From positions 8,928,001 to 8,992,000 of the forward strand of contig CM022673.1 of assembly GCA_012295275.1 (NCBI GenBank): DNA of 64,000 nt, given 5' to 3'. This stretch comes from Chrysomallon squamiferum. Lineage: Eukaryota; Animalia; Mollusca. Of the stretch, positions 1-27,971 are shown piece by piece. Below the pieces are notes generated by a model that had not been told where the DNA came from, made no database searches, and saw nothing but the letters and a program-made list of their open reading frames with translations. Every line of letters starts with the position of its first letter. The first letter of the stretch is position 1. The translations under genes and the position numbers were made by a program.

Positions 1-26
1 AATATATATTTTTTTATTCATTTTAG

Positions 27-9733
<9,707 letters not shown>

Positions 9734-10506
9734 TTGGAAATTACACCACGAATTTCTAAATTTTCACCAACTGTCGTTCGTAACAATTGTGTTACGTGAG
9801 GTTCCAGAATGAAATTAAACCAGGGCCGTGTTCCAGAGCATCCAGTCTGTGAGTTACTCACTGCTAAACTGTTATCGTCCAAGAATTGTTGATTTATTTC
9901 ACAAAAGAAAGTTGGAAATGACGTTTCTTCCAAATCATATGAGTAAAAAAACAAAACAAAAAACATGAGCAGGTTTCGCTGTGAGACGGAGAGGATAAAT
10001 ATATTCTCTTTTTTCTTCTTCAACTGCTTAATTTTACTTTTTTTTTTTTTTTTTTGGTTTGTTTGTTTTAATTTTGCTTTATTTTATATATAAAATAATC
10101 TGTATTTCTCCTTGTGTGTGCGGCATTTTCCATTATGATTTTAAGACAATTTTTACATTGCACAATTCAATTATTTTCAAATAATTATATAAAATTGTTG
10201 CAGTGATGTAAGTACTAATAATTTTATGATCATCTTTCAAGAATGGTGTTCGTTTGTGTGCGGCTATATAGGCGAATAAAGTAGATAAATATTTTTCAAG
10301 AGGTATGTTTGTTTGTGTGTACGTGTACGAGATCTGAGTGGGCCTGTGCATGACGTAATTTGATTTTTTTCAGAAGGAAATGGTTATCTAAACCTGGTGT
10401 TGAGTTATCATTCAATCTTAACGCTTGCTTCGTTTAAAAGCTTGTATTTTGCATCTAGTAATATAAATCAATTTAACCATTATAAATCATATTACTGTAC
10501 TAACTA

Positions 10507-10686
10507 AGCATCCCTAATTCGAGATGCTTGGGACCAGAAATGTTTCGGATTTCGGAATCTTTCGGATTTTAGAATATACGGAGATATATTCTAAACACAA
10601 AACTTATTGGTATTTCGTATACAGCTTGTATAGAAAGTCAAAAGGCATTTTATGAAAAATTGTTAATAAATTTGTGCATGAAATAA
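10507..10686 (+). mobile_element. Tigger4/MER46 (Zombi)-like DNA transposon terminal fragment
   Basis: agcatccctaattcgagatgcttgggaccagaaatgtttcggatttcgg...ctaaacacaaaa...aataaatttgtgcatgaaa resembles, from memory, the left end of Tigger4/MER46 (GAGTATCCCT..ATGCTTGGGACCAGAAGTGTTTTGGATTT..TTTGTGCATGAAAC). Needs a Dfam check. Confidence 0.6.
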
Positions 10687-11375
10687 CGGAAAACTATAGT
10701 ATAAAACAAAGGATAAAGGATCACCAATAAATAAATATATTAATTAACTTAATTACGCATACACAATAATAATAATAATTAGTATTAATAATAATGATGA
10801 TGATGGTGATAATTATGACGATATCGTCGTCGACAGTGATGGTAGCAGCTATATTAATAATAATAATAATAATAACGTTATTTTCTTCGTTCTGTTTTCT
10901 TCGTTCTGTCAATTTTTCTGTTAATTGTTTCTGAACTGTACAGTTCATTTTGTTTTCCAAACATTTTTTTTTTCCTTTGGTGTAAAAACATCTCTTAAAA
11001 CCATCTAATCAAGCTGATTGTTTTTTTTATGCCAAATGAAACGAGATCAATCCTCCTTGGTGCTCAAATTCCTCTATTTCCCAATCCAACAGAAGACAAT
11101 AAAAGCAAGCAATGAAGTTTTCTTTTCCTCAACCTTACAATTGTAAACAAAGGAAAATTTCACACGTATTAGCCGTTAATATTAAAATTTTGAGATATTA
11201 ATCATTGATCTATTTTATCTTGTCGAAATACGATATTGCACTTTTCCTCTTATTTGTCATAAGAGAGAATTTGCTACAGTGCCATACATTATTTATTGTC
11301 GTTAGAAAGCGCATTTGTTTGTATACGTAAATGAGTATACGGGTGTTAATGGTACGAAAAGTCGGAAATTGCCTT

Positions 11376-11508
<133 letters not shown>

Positions 11509-12047
11509 TTTTCTCTTTTCCCCATTCATTTCTGTTATATGTACAACTAACTTTCTCTAAGGCCATACCATATAATATGAGAAAATAAACAAATTTGTTT
11601 GTGTCTTTGTAAACATATATTTCTGTGTACATATTGATTGTCATAATTATCATAAATGTATTTATATTTCTAATGAGTTCTAAACCACGAAATAAACATA
11701 AATATTTATTTTGTAACCCATATTGCATAAATATGGCATTGTATGTATATTCTGACAAACGTTTATGCCATTTAGTTATACATATATACACACACGCGCG
11801 CTACTTACATACATACGTACATACATACATATACATACATGCGACATAAATATTGTGTTTGTATTATGTTCTTTTGATGTTGAATAAAAGGTAAAATTCG
11901 AACGTGTTTTTGTTTTCCCCTTTTTCCATCTTTTCTCTTTAATTTTTCATGATTTTCTTATAGCTAATGCTTTAAGTGATGAGTTTTTATATCACTTATG
12001 GGCAAATATAGCCACAACCACAACAAAACAGTAATAATAACAACTTC

Positions 12048-12115
<68 letters not shown>

Positions 12116-12150
12116 CAACAACAATAATAATAATTTTAATGATAATGATG

Positions 12151-12186
<36 letters not shown>

Positions 12187-12597
12187 TAATTATTAATGAA
12201 TATGATGATAATAATAACAGTAATAGTATAATCATAATAACAACAACAAGAAATGAATAATAATAACAACAAAAATAACAAGAATAATAATTATATAATT
12301 GAGAAAAAAAAACAACAACAACACTAACACAAATAATGCAACAAACAGAAACAAGAGAATCCTGGATAAAATAAAAATAAAAAGGATAGATGAACGGACA
12401 AAAATAAATATATGTTTCAGCGTTTATATATATATATATATATGGAGAGAGAAAAATATGCAAGTGGAAATTATGGATATTAAGTAGCAATGGATACAAA
12501 TTCAGATACTTTGTCACTCTCTCGATCTGTTCCTGTAATGGTTTGTTCACTTGATCTATATTGTCAGCATTAAAAGGGATAAGCTCCAAAAATCGTT

Positions 12598-12628
<31 letters not shown>

Positions 12629-12944
12629 TATTTTTGTTTTGTTTGGCTTTTCATTCTTCTTCTTCTTTTCCTTCTTCTTCTTCTTTTATTTTTATTAGTA
12701 GTAGTATATATATATATATATATATATAAAATCAATTACTTTCTACATTTAAAGATTTTAATTACAGATTATATTTTACATCTAACAACTACATATATTT
12801 AACATATAAATTTTATTGTAAAGTAAGATATTTAATAATTTTATAAAATTCGGCACATTTGATTTCTTACCATCTATTGGTGTAATATGGAAATGTTGTT
12901 TTCTCTGATTAAAATAAATTTTATTTCTATCATTTTCAACGATT

Positions 12945-13860
<916 letters not shown>

Positions 13861-13899
13861 ATGTGTATTGATATATATATTGATATGTATATATGTATA

Positions 13900-14597
13900 C
13901 AGTGGTACTTCGAGTTACGAGCAGCAGCCCGGTCGATTTTTTGCTTTCAGTTTCGAGCCAAAATCCGAGTTACGAGCGAGCTTCAGATACGCTGCCGCTA
14001 GTTGGCGCAACGAACAACACAACATCCATCCAGGATCATTTGCTTCACGTGGTTACCTCTCCGTGGAAGCATCTCTGTTGTTTCTGCAGTATTTTGCCAA
14101 AATCCCTGATTCCTAATGAAGTGTGTGCAAAGGACAGTGCTGAGGAGAAGAAGCAGATGATGTCCGTTGAAATAAAGCATGAAATCATAGAAAACATGAG
14201 CGAGGTAGTCAACATTTCTAGGCAGTACGAGCATAGTAATTTTATGATATATATCACACTGAAGCAGAAGGAGTCGATAAAGGCCGCAACACCAGCCAAA
14301 GGCGTTAAACACATTTTAAGGAGCGGACCTCTGTCCATGAAACGATGGAGAAACCCTAATCCTGTACACTTTACAAAACCAATTTATTTCTTTACTTTCT
14401 CTTTTATTTTATTCTTATACAGTAGTTGTCATTTATACACATATATTTCTTATTTAAAGACACGTTAAATAGATCTTGGGTGTTTTTTCTGGAACGCATT
14501 AATCGTATTTCAATTAATTTCATTTGGGAAAATTGATTTGATATACGAGGAACTTGAGTTACGAGCTCTGCCACAGAACGAATTAAACTCGTAAATC
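13900..14597 (+). mobile_element. Non-autonomous Tigger/pogo (Tc1-mariner) DNA transposon derivative with a degenerate CENP-B-type HTH fragment
   Basis: Left end TA|CAGTGGTACTTCGAGTTACGAG; partial right TIR CTCGTAA at ~14588-14594; internal degenerate ORF MMSVEIKHEIIENMSEVVNISRQYEHSNFMIYITLKQKESIKAATPAKGVK resembles the N-terminal HTH of Tigger/TIGD1-type transposases. Confidence 0.8.
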
Positions 14598-15589
14598 TAT
14601 GTATGCATGCATGCATACAGGTTCCTTTCATTTCTGTGAAATACATATATAAACGTGTGTGTTTATGTTGTGTCGTATGAGTGTGTGTGTATGTGTGTGC
14701 ATATACGGGTAGATATAAGTATGTGTATGTAGGACAAAGGTAAGGTGTTAATATTAAATCTATGGTTGTTTTTTTCTTATTTTAATTTTGTGGGTTACTT
14801 TTGCATTGTTGTTGTTGATGTCGTGTAGCATATGAATTTTACATTTTTATATATATATTCCCATACTAATTATTACTTTTAAAAGTTTAAATGCAAATAC
14901 AAATATCTGCGTTGTTTTTATTGTTGTTGCTGTTGTTATTTATGTTAAAGTCGGTGTTGATGATGTAGATTGTATTCTTCATTTGTTCCTTCGTCTGTGG
15001 ATATCCCAATTGTTTTTTTTTTTTGTTTTTTTTTATTGTTTTTTTTATACCTAGGTCAGAAGACAGCAACCAAATATATCATTATTTTAAAAGAAAGAAA
15101 GAAAGAAAGAAAAAAAAGATTATTATTATTTTTATTATCATTAATGTGAAAAGGTCGTAAAAAGATGAATAAACTCAGCCCTTAAAGTGTAAGATATAAT
15201 TATCAGTATCCATCACATTATTCATAAATAACATTATTTCATTTAGAGATATATATGTTTAACTGAGAATATGTCTTTAGAGAGTAGTTTTTGTTTTTGT
15301 AATCTAATTTAATTGTACATGCTTTTCATATCACTGTTTTATTTTTAATAAAGATATTTTTTGTTTTTACCAAAGGCTTGGATGTTTTCATCAGTGAACT
15401 TTGTTGTTGTTGTTATTATTATTATTATTATTATTATAAACTTATACGTACTGTTAAGGTGAGTTATATATTCAACCAGGATGGGGGTTATTTTTGTTAG
15501 GATTGAAACTAATATCTTAAAAGATTTAAAGTACCACAGGGAAAATTAATTTTAAAGATAAATAACGATATATTTGACGATACAATCTA

Positions 15590-16620
15590 TAGGTTTTGCA
15601 AAATATCAAGCCCGGGTTAAGGACTCTGCTAAAGGTCCTGTTTAAGAGGGGTGTTTGGGAATGAGAAAAAGAATACGTTTTTGTTCTATTAACAGAAGTT
15701 ATTTTACACATTTTTCTTGTTGTTGTGTTTTGGTTGGATTGTTGTTTTTGTGCGCTTTTGCTGTTGTTCGTCTTGTCGTTTTTAAAGAACAGTTTGGAAT
15801 GACGAAGACCTTGTCAAGTACTTCATGACCTCCCAAAATTGTATTCAGCACCGACCCTGATTGCAGTTCCAGAAATTTCATTTATATGTAAATTTTGGGT
15901 AACATAATTGTTTACCCTGCCTGATTATGTAACTGAACTAAACAGGAAACTAGGATGTTCACTGTGATTGGTTAAAAAAACTTTATTTCACCTTGACCTT
16001 ACATTGTTCGGGTAATTTACGAACCTTATAAGGCTATGAAGGCTATACAAGAATTTACGTCGTCAATCAGGATTTTAATTTTTTTTTTCCTGAAGGGAAC
16101 TTATTTTATTTGACACATAGGGCTTTAAAAAAACTCATTAAAAATAATAAAATATTAAAGAAATTCTTTATAACTAAATCGAGCGTTACCTTTTATTTGT
16201 ATTATTATTTGTCACTCTTTTTCCAATAATTTTGAAGGCTGACATCCCCTGGATTAATATTTATATCGGTCATATAAGTACAGTGTTTCTTGTTTTGAAG
16301 TTATAAGAATTTGTTGATATATAGCATTTTTTACAGCACTACCTGCGTTGTTATAGCTCCCAAACGGGGCCAACAGGCTAGTCTGAAAATGTCTGGCATA
16401 GAATTATGAAAACCGGATTTTATAGTGATACTTCAAGCTTTAAATTACTTTTTCTTTCCATATCGCTTTTTATTTATATGAAATTAAATGTATTTAAGCT
16501 CAGATAGCCTTTTAAAACTGTTTTGACTCTTTGTTAATTATTGCTCTCAGCGTTTTAGCACCCATTATCGCCACGCACAAACATTTTGGGTTGTCATTTT
16601 AACAAACAGTTATTTATGTA
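15590..16620 (-). promoter_or_regulatory. Second orphan upstream block of the BRICHOS-peptide gene family
   Basis: Collinear with 42070-42950 and 51150-52230; carries ggatgttcactgtgattggttaaaaaaactttatttcaccttgacctta at ~15953-16001; no coding exons follow. Confidence 0.7.
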
Positions 16621-17860
16621 TGTACATAAGTACTATTCGGGGACGCACTGACACAGGATAATGGACACCAGTGACGACCTCACAAACATCAAATGCCGCT
16701 TACAAGGCTCGAACGTATGGCACCCATTCGCCCGCAGGTGCTGTTACAATTGCTTTTGTGTTTTCATTGTTCGTTGAATTTATAATTAGATCTATCAAAA
16801 GATTTATCGTACAATAAAGCAGAAAGAAACCGGTGGAAAAATAAAAGGTAAAAAAATTGAAAATTGTTGTATACTGTAACTCGATAAAAAGACTGAATTT
16901 AATATTGGAAGTGTCAAATCTCAGGTAAATGACGTTATAGGGCACGTATCCGAATGATTCATCCGGGTTCACTGACTTATACATCCACACATATTCATAC
17001 TATTCAAGTTAAATGTCGGTCATCCACCTGAGATTTTATATAACCAAAACTGAGCTCAGTCTTTGTATCGAGTTACAATAGAGAACAATATCTTTTTTTT
17101 TTTTTTTTTTTAAAAACATTTATATTCTTTTTATTTATTTTTTTTCCGGCTCCTTCCTCGTACTTCGTATGAGAACAATTTTATAGATATAATGAAAAAT
17201 TCTACGAACAAGACTGGTTACTCAACAGGTTGATGGTCGAAATATTAGCAGCCATTATTATGCCATGTTCTTAGAGGGTTTCCTCTTTCATTATTTTACG
17301 AGAAAAGAAAAAGAGAAAAAGAGAAATAAAAAGATAAAGAAAAGCCATTTGACTTCAGCAACAACGACAACAAAAAAAATAAACAAAAAATTAAAGCAAA
17401 TCTTTTAATCTATCATCCAGTGAATACATTTTTATCGTTATCAGTTATTATTGGTTTCATATTTCTAGTCATGATTTGACCTGTGGCACGTTTAATGTGT
17501 AAAGATATCTGTTTGAACACTAAGAACAATAAATCACACCCTGCTAGAATTTATGACTCACCTTAACAATACGTGTAAGTTTATAGTAATGAGAAAACAA
17601 TGATGTGAAATAGACATATCTTTAATATATATTATAAAAATAAAAACTACTCTCTGAAAGGCATATCCTCAGGTAGACACATGCATCTTTAAATTAATAA
17701 CGAGATGGTACTGATAATTACATCTTACAGTTTTATTCATATTTTATTAGCTTTTTTTCATTAATGACAACAAAAACAACAACAATAACAATAATAGTTA
17801 TAATATCCATAACAAAAATAACAACAACAATAATCATGATGATGATGATGATGCTGCTGC

Positions 17861-17898
<38 letters not shown>

Positions 17899-19067
17899 GT
17901 AATCATAATAATAATAGTAGTAATAATAATAGTAATAAATCAATTACTGAGTAATATCTTTGACATAAATAACAACAGCAACAACAATAACAACATAAAT
18001 AAATTAATGAGTACGCGAATATATGTATATAGATACCCACACATGTATATAATCTTATTATACACGTCAGCAATAGCAACACTACAAACACAACTAACAA
18101 AATTAAAATATAAATCAAAAGAAAAAACAACCATAGCCTTAATATTAACACATTCGAATAAATAGTGTCTTATATTTGTATTATATACGTACATATGCAC
18201 GAATTTACATCTTTTTTAAAATGAAAGGCCAAAATGTTTACTGGTGGTCATAATGAATGCTATAACGCTTAAAGCAATAACAACAAAGAGTCAAAACAGT
18301 TTTCAAAAGGTATCTGAATTTTAATACATTTAGTTTTAAATAAATAAAAAACGATTAGGAAAGAAAAAATTATTTAAAAATGAGACATCTATTTAAAATT
18401 GAGTTTTTATAATTCTATGCCATTTATTTTCAGCCTGTTTGCTCCATGTCAGCATGCCCTATGAGCCAAATAAAATAAGATCCATTCCAAAAAAAAGAAG
18501 TAATTAAATAAAAAATTCTGCTGACACATGAGCACAGGAGCACCTAAATTTTTGTATAAAATATTTTCCCTTATAAGGTTGGAAAATTACCCGAACAGTG
18601 TGTAAGGTGAAGGTGAATTAAAATTGTTTTAGCCAATCACAGTGAACATCCTGGTTTGCTGTTTAGTACAGTTATGCAATCGGTCTCAGCAAAAAGTTAT
18701 GTAATTCAAAATTTACATATAAATGAAATAGTTGAAACTGCAATCAGGGTCGGTGCTGAATACAGGATTGGGAGGTCATGAAATACCGTCTTCGTCATTC
18801 CAAACTGTTCTTAAAAACAACAACAACAACAACAACAAAAGTGCGCGAAAAACAACAACCCTCCAAACAAATCGACCAAAATAAACAAAAATAATAATAA
18901 TTATTATTATTGTTAAAAGAACTTTTGTTAAAGGAACAAAATCGTATTCTTTTTCTCCTTCCCAAACACCCCTCTTAAACCGGACGCATCGCAGAATTGT
19001 TGACCTGGGCTCCATATGACGCAATACGTATAGGGTTCAAATATTACCCTAAATCCCCAAATTCGAG

Positions 19068-19104
19068 TATAAATAAGAGTGAGTGGAAGAAGAAATCATC
19101 ATTC
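19068..19104 (+). promoter_or_regulatory. Core promoter of copy 1: TATA box and Initiator-like motif
   Basis: TATAAATA at 19068-19075 and TCATTC (Inr-like) at 19099-19104, ~60 nt before the ATG; both are conserved in copies 3 and 4. Confidence 0.7.
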
Positions 19105-19160
19105 TGAAGAAAGTTTCTCAGAGACCAACAAAGAAGATAAAAACTGAACAACCGGCCATC

Positions 19161-21662
<2,502 letters not shown>

Positions 21663-23519
21663 ATGTCCTGCAGCTACATGAACTTTGATTATATTTCAGA
21701 ATTTAACGCATCTCGTTATGTAATGCTAGCTTACTAAATATCCTGACTTTGATTGTAAACGTAAATAAAATAAAGTTAATGAAACTGTTTCTCCTTGTTT
21801 TTTTGTTTTATTTGTTAGACGTAAGTTTATATACATTTTGATTATACGTAAGTCTCGTTCGTTATTATTTTCTTAAATTCTCTGGTTTCTATTCCTTTGT
21901 TCTGACATATTTACAAATTCGTTCTTTTTCTTCTTTCTTTTCTTTTTCACAAAACATTAACTAATTTAAATTTGTCTTTTCACATTCTCATATGTTTTCA
22001 TAATATTTGAATATGTTAAAAAAGTAATTATTTTAACGAAATATATAACTCAAAACCTGAGGAATAATTTTGTATTAAAATCTCCAATGAATTTGTTATT
22101 AATATATTTTTGCACGTTAAAAATTATTTAAAACTAAAAACAGAACATTAGTTATTTAGATTTTTCGTTGTTGTTGTTTTGTTGTTTTTTAGCTTTTTAA
22201 TATTCTAAACTATTATCAAGACTGCTAGTTGCAAATAAGTAATCGATTTGTAATAATAAAGTAAGGCACCAAGATTTTAAATGTCAAAATATCTTCACTG
22301 CAGATATATATTTAAATTTTTATTTTTATATATTACTATGTTTAAAATTAGAAGTTAAATAACGTTGAACGAGGGTTCTGACAACATCCAGTAATGACGG
22401 AATGGGAGTTGTTTAAAATAGGTAGCAAATGTGCAATTAAAATCGGATAATTATAGATTTGGGGTAATCTTCAGAAAAAAGACTAAGGATGAGCTCGTTT
22501 AACATTGATATAATCTAATCAAAATCTGGTGTTTTTTTTTTTTTTTTTTTATATGTATATTATTTAATGTTTTTATTGTCATTAATGAAGTTTTTGGAAA
22601 AAAGTAAAGTTTTAAATTAGAAATATTAATATTACCAGTTTAATGGAACTATATCAATTTCACTGATAGAAAATAGGCAATGGTTTTGTCTCTTGTTCAC
22701 TGTTTTTCATTTATTTATTTATTTATTCGCTATTCACATGAAACTATATTTATTGTTTTCATTGTTCATAGAATTTTTCATTATATCAATGAAAAGATTT
22801 ATCATAAATCTGGGTTCAGTCATTTTAAACTTCATGAACTCTGGTCTATAATACTCTTATATTTGAAAGAATAATAATAATTTAAAATAAATAACAAATA
22901 AATAAATAAAATAAAATAAAATAAAATAAAAGAGAAGAAAATAAATAAATAATTCATAATTAAAAATTAAATAATAAAAATAATAATAATAAAGATGATG
23001 ATGATGATGTTGATTATGATGATACTGATAATATAATGACAAAAAAGAAGAAATTCTTCTGTCAAATAATTAACCAATTGTTTTTTGTTTTTTTCATTCT
23101 TTTACAGATATGTTAAAACTCATCACGATTATTAAATCAAGAAGCAAAAAGCAAATCTTTCAGAACAATTCATGGAAACTGAAATAAAGAAATAAAGAAA
23201 TAAAGAAATACAACATAAAAAAAAAATAAAAAAAATAACTAACAAAAAACACCAAACCCCCAAACAAACAAGAAGAATATCCTTACAAAGTAAAATGTGG
23301 TAAAAAATATTATTATTTTTCATATTATTACTCACGTTTCTCATATTATTTTTCATATTATTAATATTATTATTGTTCGAATTAATATTATTCTTAGTAG
23401 TAGCTGCAGTAGTAGTAGTAGTAGTAGTAGTTGTTGTTGTTGTAGTAGATCAGCAGAAGCAGTAGCAGTAGTATTAGTTGTTTTTATGTTGTTGGTTTTT
23501 TTTGTATCAATTAACAGTA

Positions 23520-24230
23520 TGGGAACGGACATATCCTCGTCTTCTCAGCACAGAGGAAAACTCGTAACTAAGTAAATAAAATTGTAAAAGAAAGTAAGAA
23601 ACTGAAAACAATAATAATAATGAAATATTAATTTATGTGTTATGTAATAATGTTTTGTTGTGGTAGTATTTACTTCCAACAGGTGAGAGTATATGTACAC
23701 AGACTTCCTTTGAATAACAACAATAACAACAATTTTTTCTTTTTTTAATAATTATTATTATTCTATCAGACACATTAGTAACACAGTCTAGATCTGATAA
23801 AGATTAAAATTACTGAACCCGCATGAACCGTTGAATGTCTCTCCTCTACCTGAGATTAAACATTCACAAAATTCAGTCTCTGTATTAAGTTACATGGTAC
23901 ACGCTTAGCGGGTTCGGCTCGAGACAAACTAGTGGTTAAAGTAATTAATGTTGTTTATATTCGAGACTTTTCTCTTTGTAGAAAACGTGCAGTCCACTTT
24001 GATGTGATTGAAAAAACAATGAAATGATAGAGAAACAACGGCAATACCAACAGTAACAGAAACAACGAACAATACCAATAACATGCACAACAGCATCAGC
24101 ATCAACATCAACAAAAGCAAAAACTGTCATCATTAAGATTTCTCTCTCTCTTGTCTCTTGTGCATGACATTAATCAGTATTCACAAAAGTATACTGATAA
24201 ATATTCATTATCGATCTCCTATTGTACATC
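23520..24230. repeat. Conserved non-coding block of the ~9 kb repeat unit (also ~36130-36830, ~44880-45500, ~54415-54970, and divergent at ~60560-61160)
   Basis: cacgcttagcgggttcggctcgagacaaactagtggttaaagtaattaatg is identical at ~23900, ~36468, ~45138 and ~54675. Confidence 0.85.
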
Positions 24231-24281
24231 TGTGTGTGTGTCAACAACAACAGTAACAACAACAACAACAACAACAACAAC

Positions 24282-24315
<34 letters not shown>

Positions 24316-24559
24316 TTAATAATATTAATTATAATAATAACAACAAAAATAGTAAATAAATAAATAGATAAATAAATAAAATAAAAAATAAATAATATTA
24401 TGATATTGCCGCGGTACACAGCTTGCTATTTGAATTCGCTGTTCCCAATTAACTCAGATATTATTTACACGGATAATTAATTAAATATTTCTTTTAAAGT
24501 TTTAATATCAAGTATGTTATCACGAATTAGTATTTTCCTTATATTTATACTTCAGTACA

Positions 24560-24969
24560 CAAATCTCAGAAGCTTTTCTAAAGCAAGTAAATATTTTACT
24601 TAATTTGTGATGTATGTTTGTGTGTCTGTCTGTATGTACATGGGCGTGTTTGTGTGTGTGTTCATTACTAGTGTTACTTCTTTCATTATTTTTTGTTTCT
24701 TTCTTTTACAGGAAAGCATTACGGGCAACTCTAATGTTCGTTCCGTTGTTTGGATTACAATACTTGTTATTTCACGTCAGACCTTCTCAAGATTTGCATC
24801 TCTAAACAGATAACTTTGGAGATTAAAATAAGGGGAAGATAACATCAAAAACTAATATAACGTTTTAGGTGAAAGAGTTATGTTTCGTGGAAATTTCAAA
24901 AACTATTTATATACGAATATAATTATCACATACAAATTAACAAAGATTATGAACTTTTGCATTTCACGA

Positions 24970-25021
<52 letters not shown>

Positions 25022-25471
25022 GGTCTCCATTTCAGATTATCGCCTTTATTCGCTGAAGATGAAACCAGCACCGATTAATGACTGAGCATGCGTCAAAAAC
25101 TTGACGTCTGCCACGATGTACACGAAAGCTTATTCCGCCGTACATTCCTCCAACAAAGATCACGCCTGTCAGAAGTCGAAGGTGACCGCCGATATGCAAA
25201 AGAAAGTTGTGGTAATAGCTTATGTAAACAGTGATTATAGGAACGACACACATACTTACGTATAGAGGTACGCATACAAGCACGCAATCATGCGCGAAAT
25301 AGGACTCGCACACGCAAAAAGGAAATACATAAACACTCTTACATACGTGTATATCATACATATATTTATAATTACACTTTTCCCATGTTTTCTGATTTCC
25401 AGGATTTAGTTGACATGAAGGCTTTGAACAGCGAAGAGCCGAACGGTGTACAACTTTACTGTGAACTATGA
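24560..25471 (+). pseudogene. Non-processed pseudogene fragment of the calcitonin-receptor-like GPCR (TM6 to C-tail)
   Basis: Remnant ICL3 exon end ~24560-24587; KALRATLMFVPLFGLQYLLFHVRPSQD at 24712-24793 cut by a deletion that removes the TM7 exon; last exon 25036-25471 has in-frame TGA stops. Confidence 0.88.
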
Positions 25472-26026
25472 TTGGAAATTTCACAACGAATTTCTATATT
25501 TCTACGATATTTCTGCAAAATAACGTAAAAAACCCACAAAAAAAACCATGAGCAGGTTTCACTGGGAGACGGAGAGGATAAATATATTCTCTTTTTTCTT
25601 CTACTGTTTTCTTTTTTAGTTTGTTTTGATTTTGCTTTATTTATATATAAAATAATGTTTATTTCTCCTTATGTGTGCGGCATTTCCATTACGATTTTAA
25701 GACAATGTTTTACATTGCACAATTGAATTATTTTCAAATAATTATATAAAATTGTTGCAGTGATGTAAGTACTAATAATTTTATGATCATCTTTCAAGAA
25801 TGGTGTTCGTTTGTGTGTGGCTGCGAATAAAGTAGATAAATATTTTTCATGAGGTATGTTTGTTTGTGTGTACGTGTACGATATCTGATGAGTGTGCCTG
25901 TGCATGACTTAATTTGATTTTTTTCAGAAGGAAATGGTTATATAAACCTGGTGTTGAGTTATCATTCAATCTTAACGTTTGCTTCGTTTAAAAGCTTGTA
26001 TTTTGGATCTACTAATATAAATCAAT

Positions 26027-26200
26027 TCGAGATGCTTGGGACCAGAAATGTTTCGGATTTCGGAATCTTTCGGATTTTAGAATATTCGGAGATATATCAT
26101 CGAAATCTAAACACGAAACTTACTGGTATTTTGTATATAGCTTGTATAGAAAGTCAAAAGGCATTTTATGAAAAATTGTTAATAAATTTGTGCATGAAAT
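26027..26200 (+). mobile_element. Duplicated Tigger4/MER46-like fragment
   Basis: Near-identical to 10518-10686 and lies inside the segmental duplication. Confidence 0.55.
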
Positions 26201-26527
26201 AACGGAAAACTATAGTATAAAACAAAGGATAAAGGATCACCAATAAATAAATATATTAATTAACTTAATGACGCATACACTAATAATAAAAATAATAATA
26301 ATTATTATAATTATATGATGGTAGCAGCTATATTAATAATAATAACAACGTTATTTTCTTCGTTCTGTTAATTATTCTGTTAATTATTTCTGAACTGTAT
26401 TTTATTTTTTTATTTTTTTTTTTTTTGTGTGTTTATAAAAACATCTCTTAAAACCATCTAATCAAGTTGATTGTTTTTTTATGCCACATAAAACGAGATC
26501 AATCCTCCTTGGTGCTCAAATTCCCGA

Positions 26528-26562
<35 letters not shown>

Positions 26563-27132
26563 AAACAAATCAATAAATTAATAATAAAAATAAAATGTAC
26601 TCGTAGCTGGTCAAAAGTTTACAACAGTGTTCTTCATTCTGTTAATTATTTCTGAAATGTACAGTTCATTTTGTTTTCCAAACTATTTTTTTTTTCTTTC
26701 TTTTTTTGGTGCAAAACCATTTCTTAAAACCATCTAATCAAGTTGATTGTTTTTTTTATGCCAAATGAAACGAGATCAATCCTCCTTGGTGCTCAAATTC
26801 CTCTATTTCCCAATCCAATCTATTCTTTTTTTTTATAAGGACAAACAGAAGACAATAACAGTAAGCAATGAAGTTTTCTTTTCCTCAACCTTACAATTGT
26901 AAACAATTGTTGAATATTCAACACGTATTAGCCGTTAATATTAAAAGTTTTGAGATATTAATCATTGATCTATTTTATCTAGTCGAAATACGATATTCTA
27001 CTTTTCCTCTAAATTGTCATAAGAGAGAAACTGCTACAGTGCCATACATTATTTATTGTCGTTAGAAAGCGCACTTGTTTGTATACGTAAATGAGTATAC
27101 GGGTGTTAATGGTACGAAAAGTCGGAAATTGC

Positions 27133-27301
<169 letters not shown>

Positions 27302-27935
27302 GTGTTTTTCTCTTTTCCCCATTCATTTCTAACTTTCTCTAAAGCCATACCATATAATATGAAAAAATAAACAAATGTGTTTGTGTCTTTGTAAAGATAT
27401 ATTTATGTGTACATATTGATCGTCATAATTAACAGAAATGTATGTATATTTCTAGTCAGTTCTAAACCATGAAATAGACATAAATGTTTATTTTGCAATC
27501 CATATTGCATAAATATGGCATTGTAAGTATATTCTGACAAACGTTTATGCCATTTAGTTATACATATGTACACACACGCGCGCTACTTACATACATACGT
27601 ACATACATACATACATACATACGTACATATATACATATACATATATGCGACATAAATATTGTGTTTGTATTATGTTCTTTTGATGTTGAATAAAAGGTAA
27701 AATTCGAACGTGTTTTTGTTTTCCCCTTTATCCATCTTTTCTCTTTAATTTTTCATGATTTTCTTATAGCTAATGCTTTAAGTGATGAGTTTTTATATCA
27801 CTTATGGGCAAATATAGCCACAACCATAACAAAACAGTAATAATAACAACTTCAATAATAATAATAATAATAATAATAACAATAATAATAATAACAACAA
27901 CAACAACAATAATAATAATTTTAATGATAATGATG

Positions 27936-27971
<36 letters not shown>

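Noticed and set aside
13893-14468. 191-aa ORF as a functional transposase or TIGD gene
   Set aside because: Only a degenerate N-terminal HTH fragment; no DDE domain; the element is ~700 bp.
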